Shown: piece after piece, positions 38,262-43,762 of the stretch
Layout: every line of letters begins with the position of its first letter
Position numbering within the stretch: the first letter of the stretch is position 1
Sequence record: SRR22947727_1330
Length of the DNA stretch: 43,762 nt
Direction: 5' to 3' (one strand)
Notes under the pieces: generated by a model
Seen by the model: only the letters and a program-made list of their open reading frames with translations
Told to the model about the DNA's origin: nothing
Database searches by the model: none
Made by a program: the position numbers and the translations under genes

Positions 38262-39305
38262 ATGGAAAATACCTCAATTCACATTTTAGCGATAGAATCT
38301 TCCTGTGACGACACTTCTGCGGCGGTACTCAGGGGAAACCAAAGACTGAGTAATGTGGTGGCTACCCAAAAAATACACGAAGCTTATGGTGGTGTTGTGC
38401 CAGAATTGGCCTCAAGAGCACACCAACAAAATATTGTCCCTGTAGTAGATCAGGCACTTAAACAAGCGGGTATAGACAAATCTGCCCTCCATGCCATTGC
38501 CTTTACTAGGGGGCCTGGACTTATGGGATCTTTACTGGTGGGAACTTCCTTTGCCAAGTCACTTTCCTTAGGCTTGGACATTCCACTTATTGAAGTGAAT
38601 CATATGCAAGGCCATGTCTTGGCACATTTCATTAAAAGTCCAGAGGAACCTAAAAAAGCCGTTCCAAAGTTTCCCTTTTTAGCCCTGACCATTAGTGGTG
38701 GTCACACGCAAATTATATTGGTCAAAGATTATTTTGACATGGATGTTTTAGGGGAAACCCTGGACGATGCCGTTGGAGAAGCCTTTGATAAATCTGCAAA
38801 AATATTAGGCTTCCCCTACCCTGGGGGTCCTTTGATTGACAAATTTGCCGCAGAAGGAAATCCCCATGCATTTGAATTCCCTATCCCAAAAGTGGGTGGT
38901 TTAAATTTTAGCTTCAGTGGACTAAAGACTAGCATACTCTATTTTATACAGAAAGAAACGGCTAAAAACCCAAATTTCATTGCGGCGCACAAAGCAGATA
39001 TTTGTGCATCTATACAGTACACTATTGTGGAGATTCTCATGATAAAAGTGAAAAAAGCCGTAACCCAAACAGGGGTTAGAGAAATAGCGATTGGTGGTGG
39101 TGTTTCTGCCAATAGTGGCATTAGAGCAGCGCTTACAACTGCGGGGGAAAAACACGGATGGACCATTCATATTCCTAAATTTGAATATTGCACTGATAAT
39201 GCGGCAATGATTGGTATAGTGGGCTATTTGAAATACCTCAATAAGGATTTTACCCACCAAAAAGTGGCCGCAAAAGCCAGGTACATTATTGATCCATCAT
39301 TATGA
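38262..39305 (+). CDS. tsaD: tRNA N6-threonylcarbamoyladenosine transferase TsaD
   Basis: ILAIESSCDDT, GGVVPELASRAH, NHMQGH, SGGHT, DDAVGEAFDK, CTDNAAMI. Confidence 0.97.
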   Translation: MENTSIHILAIESSCDDTSAAVLRGNQRLSNVVATQKIHEAYGGVVPELASRAHQQNIVPVVDQALKQAGIDKSALHAIAFTRGPGLMGSLLVGTSFAKSLSLGLDIPLIEVNHMQGHVLAHFIKSPEEPKKAVPKFPFLALTISGGHTQIILVKDYFDMDVLGETLDDAVGEAFDKSAKILGFPYPGGPLIDKFAAEGNPHAFEFPIPKVGGLNFSFSGLKTSILYFIQKETAKNPNFIAAHKADICASIQYTIVEILMIKVKKAVTQTGVREIAIGGGVSANSGIRAALTTAGEKHGWTIHIPKFEYCTDNAAMIGIVGYLKYLNKDFTHQKVAAKARYIIDPSL

Positions 39306-40015
39306 ATTTATTTTATGCACCCTGCTTTACGGCAGAAGACAACAGTGTAGCGCTGTCCCAAGAGGAGAGCAAACACGCGACCAAAGTACTTAGAAAAAAA
39401 ACAGGAGACCTCATTCACCTCACCAATGGAAAAGGCCTTATGGCTCAAGGTGAAATTTCAGATACTGCGGGTAAAACAGTACAGGTTTCTCTAATAGAAA
39501 TTCATCTGCAAACACCAAAACCCTATTCCTTAGATCTTTATGTGGCGCCCACTAAAATGAACGACCGTTACGAATGGTTTTTAGAGAAAGCAACTGAAAT
39601 AGGGCTTTCTAGTATCACACCCATAATATGCGATCAATCAGAAAGAAAAGTGATCAAAGCGGAGCGATATGAAAAAGTGCTTTTAAGTGCTATGAAGCAA
39701 TCCCTACAAGCCTACTTGCCCTTGCTTCACCCAGCCATTTCTTTAAAAAAATGTTTGGATCAAGATATTAGTGGAGAAAAGCTATTTGCGCATTGTGAGG
39801 CAGACAAGATGAAAACAGCTTTAAATTCCCTAGATTTAAAAAATAAAAAACTATCTATTTTCATTGGCCCTGAGGGAGATTTCTCCCTATCAGAAATTAA
39901 AAAAGCCATAGAAAAAGGGTGCAAACCCGTGAGTTTTGGAAACACCAGACTCAGAACAGAAACAGCTGCTTTATACGCTTGCGCCTCTGTGGCAGCTCAA
40001 AATGAAAGTGAATGA
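39302..40015 (+). CDS. rsmE: 16S rRNA m3U1498 methyltransferase
   Basis: HATKVLR, EKATEIG, IGPEGDFS, RLRTETA; ATGA overlap with tsaD. Confidence 0.93.
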   Translation: MNLFYAPCFTAEDNSVALSQEESKHATKVLRKKTGDLIHLTNGKGLMAQGEISDTAGKTVQVSLIEIHLQTPKPYSLDLYVAPTKMNDRYEWFLEKATEIGLSSITPIICDQSERKVIKAERYEKVLLSAMKQSLQAYLPLLHPAISLKKCLDQDISGEKLFAHCEADKMKTALNSLDLKNKKLSIFIGPEGDFSLSEIKKAIEKGCKPVSFGNTRLRTETAALYACASVAAQNESE

Positions 40016-41100
40016 ACGCAAAAATCATTTCTTCTGGGATTTTAAGGGCCCTGGCTATTGTAGTGGCTATTCTGGCTGGTTTGTATTTTCTAAATGCAAT
40101 TACAACAGTTTTAGTTTATATAGTCATAGCGGCCATTGTATCCCTTATTGGGAGACCCATTGCCCTTTTTCTAAAAAACAAACTCAGGTTTAATAGGACT
40201 ATAGCCGCTATAAGCACTATGGCTATTTTATTAGGTATTTTATCCATGCTTATTGCCCTGGTAGTTCCCTTACTCGTTCAACAAGGGGAAAATCTAAGCC
40301 TATTGAATATTAAAGGCCTCAAAAGTAGTATTACAGACTTATATGCAGAAATCACAGCCTATTTTGGTCTAGAAAACAATTCTTTATTTGCTCAATTTCA
40401 AGACAGTAGCTTAATCACCACTTTATCATTAGAGCAGCTACCCGCGTTTTTTAACGCCGTATTGGGTCTTCTAGGGAACTTTGGAGCAGGCCTCTTTTCG
40501 GTGGCCTTTATCTCTTTCTTTTTCTTAAAAGACAGTGAATTGTTTGAAAATGGCATTCTGATGTGGGTGCCTTCAAAAGAAAATCTTAAAACCAAGAAGG
40601 CTTTTGCTAAAATTAAAAGCCTCCTGTCTAGGTATTTTTTAGGATTGTTGTTTCAAATACTCATATTGTTTGTGATTTACAGTATTGTTTTGAGTGTTTT
40701 TTCTGTGCCCAACGCCATGGTCATTGCCTTTCTTTGCGCCCTGCTAAATCTTATCCCATATGTGGGTCCAATAGTGGGTGGAATGCTCATGATGTTTTTA
40801 ACCATGAGCAGTCAATTAGGCGCTTCATTTAATGAAATAATCTTACCGAAAACCACCTATGTAATGATCGGTTTTATCATAGGACAATTGGTAGATAATT
40901 TCTTGTCGCAACCCCTTATTTTTTCTAAAAGTGTGAAGTCACACCCACTGGAAATATTCTTAATTATTTTGTGTGGCGGCTTACTTTGGGGCGTTACTGG
41001 AATGGTGGTAGCGATCCCATTATACACGGCAATAAAGGTGGTATTAAAGGTGTTTTTTACAGAAAATAGTCAGATAAAATCTTGGACAAAAAACCTATAG
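40012..41100 (+). CDS. AI-2E family transporter
   Basis: Multiple TM helices; NLIPYVGP, QLVDN, HPLEI, GMVVAIP. Confidence 0.88.
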   Translation: MNAKIISSGILRALAIVVAILAGLYFLNAITTVLVYIVIAAIVSLIGRPIALFLKNKLRFNRTIAAISTMAILLGILSMLIALVVPLLVQQGENLSLLNIKGLKSSITDLYAEITAYFGLENNSLFAQFQDSSLITTLSLEQLPAFFNAVLGLLGNFGAGLFSVAFISFFFLKDSELFENGILMWVPSKENLKTKKAFAKIKSLLSRYFLGLLFQILILFVIYSIVLSVFSVPNAMVIAFLCALLNLIPYVGPIVGGMLMMFLTMSSQLGASFNEIILPKTTYVMIGFIIGQLVDNFLSQPLIFSKSVKSHPLEIFLIILCGGLLWGVTGMVVAIPLYTAIKVVLKVFFTENSQIKSWTKNL

Positions 41101-41107
41101 TTTTACT

Positions 41108-42289
41108 TTGAATAAGAATATATTAAATACTGGTATTCAAAATTTTATAAATAAAAATTTAACTACTGACACCTTGTCAGTTGCGCTTTCCAAACCCCTT
41201 TTTGAAGGGGTAAGCAATACTGAAATCATTCAGCAGATAGAAGCGGCTAAAAAGTGCGTCCACAAGCTACCAACTTGGTTTAATACCCAGGGCATTTATT
41301 ACCCCCTACCCCTTCAAGTAGAACAGACTTCCTCTGAGATTACTGCGCGCTATAAAGCGGGTTTGATCCGGGGTAAATCACTGGCAGATATCAGTGGTGG
41401 AACTGGTGTAGATAGCTTTTATTTTGCAAATAATATAGAGCAGGTTTATCACCTTGAAATTAATCCTGAATTGGCTGAAATCGCCGCCTTTAATTTAAGT
41501 GTTTTGGGGGCTAAAAATATTTGTTCAATGGCCACTGACGGCATTGCGTTTATTCAAGATTTTAAAGGTACTCTTGATTGGGTTTATATAGACCCCTCTA
41601 GAAGGAGCGATCAAAAGGGAAAGGTTTTTATGCTAGCAGATTGCAGTCCCTCTATGCCAGCCATATTACCCATGCTTTGGAATAAAACGGACAAGATTTT
41701 GATTAAAACAGCTCCTCTGTTAGATATTAGTGCTGGTTTAAAGGAATTGAGTTCTGTCAAAGAGATTCATGCGGTTGCTGTAAATAGGGAAGTCAAAGAG
41801 CTGCTGTGGCTACTAGAAAAGGATTATGATGGGCCTGTGGCCCTTAAAGCTGTTTTGCTCAATGAAAATGGTTTGTTAGATTCATTTAACAGCAGCATAT
41901 CCGAGGAATCACATAGTAGTGCTAGTTTTAGCCTACCCCTCGATTATTTGTTTGAACCACATGCAGCTGTATTAAAATTAGGGGCTTTTAAAAGTGTTTC
42001 TAGCCAGCTAGGGATGGCTAAACTTCACCCAAACAGCCACTTGTACACCGCTCATAATATTGTGCCCTTTCCAGGTCGTAGCTTTAAAGTATTGAATTAT
42101 TTTGCCTACCACAAGAATGCCATGAGGTCTTTTGAGAAGACCAAAGCCAATGTGAGTACTAGAAACTTTAAAATGACCGTGGCGGCTTTAAGAAAAAAAC
42201 ACCACCTCCAAGACGGAGGCAGTGTGTACTTATTTTTTACAACAGACCTCGAAGAAAAGCCCATTGTAGTGGTTTGTGAAAAAACTTAG
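41108..42289 (+). CDS. Class I SAM-dependent methyltransferase with THUMP-like C-terminal domain
   Basis: EQTSSE, ADISGGTGVD, YIDPSRR, KTAPLLDI, HLYT; TTG start. Confidence 0.82.
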   Translation: MNKNILNTGIQNFINKNLTTDTLSVALSKPLFEGVSNTEIIQQIEAAKKCVHKLPTWFNTQGIYYPLPLQVEQTSSEITARYKAGLIRGKSLADISGGTGVDSFYFANNIEQVYHLEINPELAEIAAFNLSVLGAKNICSMATDGIAFIQDFKGTLDWVYIDPSRRSDQKGKVFMLADCSPSMPAILPMLWNKTDKILIKTAPLLDISAGLKELSSVKEIHAVAVNREVKELLWLLEKDYDGPVALKAVLLNENGLLDSFNSSISEESHSSASFSLPLDYLFEPHAAVLKLGAFKSVSSQLGMAKLHPNSHLYTAHNIVPFPGRSFKVLNYFAYHKNAMRSFEKTKANVSTRNFKMTVAALRKKHHLQDGGSVYLFFTTDLEEKPIVVVCEKT

Positions 42290-42999
42290 GTCAATAAGTT
42301 TCCTTGCTCATCCCAGGAGGCTATATTTCCCCTAGTTTTCTGATCTATGCATTTGGCCAACCAGGCTTCTTCATAAGCCATACCGTGTTGGTCTAATACC
42401 TCCTGCGGCACACCATCCCAAACATTAGGCATATTTCCTTGATAACCCAAGTCTTTAATTCCAGTTTCTGTGGTGTAATACCCTGTTAGGGTGAGGTTTC
42501 TCATTAAAGAAAAGAAACGCACTTCTAGCGGGCGTGCCCCTTCAGAAACAGCTAGATCTGGATAAGCTATTTCTTCTAATATCTCATGTTGTTGTGCAGG
42601 CTCTAATTTTTTAAATTCAAGTCCAAAACGCCTGTTACTTATGTGATCTAACCACATTAAGCCACCCCTAATTGGGGTTTGAAATGCCGGATAGTCTTTG
42701 GCCATAAACTCAATGAAATCTGGAACACCCACACTGGCAGCGCTTGGAAAATCTTCATTTTCAGGTAAGATCAATGCGGTAAGGATGGCCAAACTTTCCA
42801 ATTCATGTGGAGTGAAAAATTGCTGGGCATGCAAAGCAGCTATTTGAGCGTCCTCCTCAGGAGTTCTACCATAGTTGGTCGCTCCAGTAGCCATGGCTTC
42901 TTGTGCTTCTGCACTAATTTCTGGTTGGCAAGAAGCTAAGGCCAAACCTCCAGCTGCTACACCAATAAAAAGGGACTTTATACTTTCTCTTCTATCCAT
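42286..42999 (-). CDS. Gluconate 2-dehydrogenase subunit 3 family protein (predicted Tat lipoprotein)
   Basis: MDRRESIK twin-arginine, LASC lipobox, GVPDFI, GYYT, LGYQGN. Confidence 0.85.
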   Translation of the reverse strand: MDRRESIKSLFIGVAAGGLALASCQPEISAEAQEAMATGATNYGRTPEEDAQIAALHAQQFFTPHELESLAILTALILPENEDFPSAASVGVPDFIEFMAKDYPAFQTPIRGGLMWLDHISNRRFGLEFKKLEPAQQHEILEEIAYPDLAVSEGARPLEVRFFSLMRNLTLTGYYTTETGIKDLGYQGNMPNVWDGVPQEVLDQHGMAYEEAWLAKCIDQKTRGNIASWDEQGNLLT

Positions 43000-43002
43000 T
43001 TC

Positions 43003-43761
43003 TTAAATATTTTGCATTTTAAGCTGTTCTACTATATAGTCACAAGTTCTCCATGAGAGTGCTAAGATGGTCCATGTTGGGTTTTTGTCGGCCTGAGATA
43101 CGAAAGGCCCAGCGTCTACAATAAATACATTGTTAGCGTCGTGTAATTGCTGGAACTGATTTACCACAGAGGCTTTTGGGTCATTCCCCATTCTGGTGGT
43201 ACCCACCTCGTGAATAATTCTTCCTGGCGCCTCTAAACCGTACTCCCTGTCTGCACCTGGTGCTGCAGAAAGTGCCTCGCCACCCATATTGTGAATAAGC
43301 TCGTCAAAGGTCTCATGCATGTGCTTGGCTTGTTTTCGCTCAAAGTCTGACCAATTATAATGAAAACGAAGCACTGGAATACCAAATTGGTCGACCACAG
43401 AAGGATCTATTTCACAGTAGTTGTCTTCCATAGCGATAGATTCTCCTCTACCGCCAAAACCAACAACAGATCCGTAGTATTTTTTTACATCCGAACGCAG
43501 GCTGTTGCCGTAACCGCCTACCTTAAGTCCAAAAAACTTATTGTATTCATTGGCGTTAAAACCAAAGCCGTAGTTAGGCATTCCCATACCACCCCATACT
43601 TCTATGTGGTAGCCTCTAGGAAAATCCAATTTCTTATTGTCTAACCACCAGGGGGTATAAACATGCATACCTCCTACACCATCTTCATTGTACATTTTTC
43701 TGTTCACCAAATCCGGTACAAAGGCAGACCTACCGCTTCCCGTAGAGTCGTGGAGGTATTT
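43003..43761 (-). CDS. GMC family FAD oxidoreductase, C-terminal part (5' end beyond the window)
   Basis: Frame stays open to the window edge (KYLHDSTG...); DQFGIPV, HEVGTTRMG, KNPTWTILALSWR. Confidence 0.88.
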   Translation of the reverse strand, partial: KYLHDSTGSGRSAFVPDLVNRKMYNEDGVGGMHVYTPWWLDNKKLDFPRGYHIEVWGGMGMPNYGFGFNANEYNKFFGLKVGGYGNSLRSDVKKYYGSVVGFGGRGESIAMEDNYCEIDPSVVDQFGIPVLRFHYNWSDFERKQAKHMHETFDELIHNMGGEALSAAPGADREYGLEAPGRIIHEVGTTRMGNDPKASVVNQFQQLHDANNVFIVDAGPFVSQADKNPTWTILALSWRTCDYIVEQLKMQNI

Positions 43762-43762
43762 A

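Overview
Mostly core-genome window from a compact Bacteroidota chromosome, most likely Flavobacteriaceae. This is inferred from the gene families, the recurring TAnnTTTG -7 promoter motifs and the lack of obvious Shine-Dalgarno sites. In order it holds: the 3' part of a tRNA-Met(CAT); a cNMP/CBS/DUF294 nucleotidyltransferase coupled to a DEDDh nuclease, convergent on an acetate-use operon (DUF4212, solute symporter, acs); purC, phoH, a DUF62 gene, dnaN and mnmE; a short accessory-looking stretch (Ntn-hydrolase acylase, a gene remnant, three nucleotide-sugar enzymes); a minus-strand run amidase, mlaD, two Fe-S subunits, a hypothetical, GH3 and bshA; lptD and ridA; a sugar kinase, gap and pfkA; tamB, tsaD, rsmE, an AI-2E transporter and a methyltransferase; and a partial GMC dehydrogenase pair. 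I saw no CRISPR array, IS element, integrase, prophage or rRNA. The best candidate for an undescribed system is the DUF294 nucleotidyltransferase plus DEDDh nuclease pair, a possible writer/eraser switch for acetate uptake or activation. A second candidate is the CCG Fe-S / SGCS protein / bshA cluster. All family calls come from recognising motifs by eye; no searches were run.
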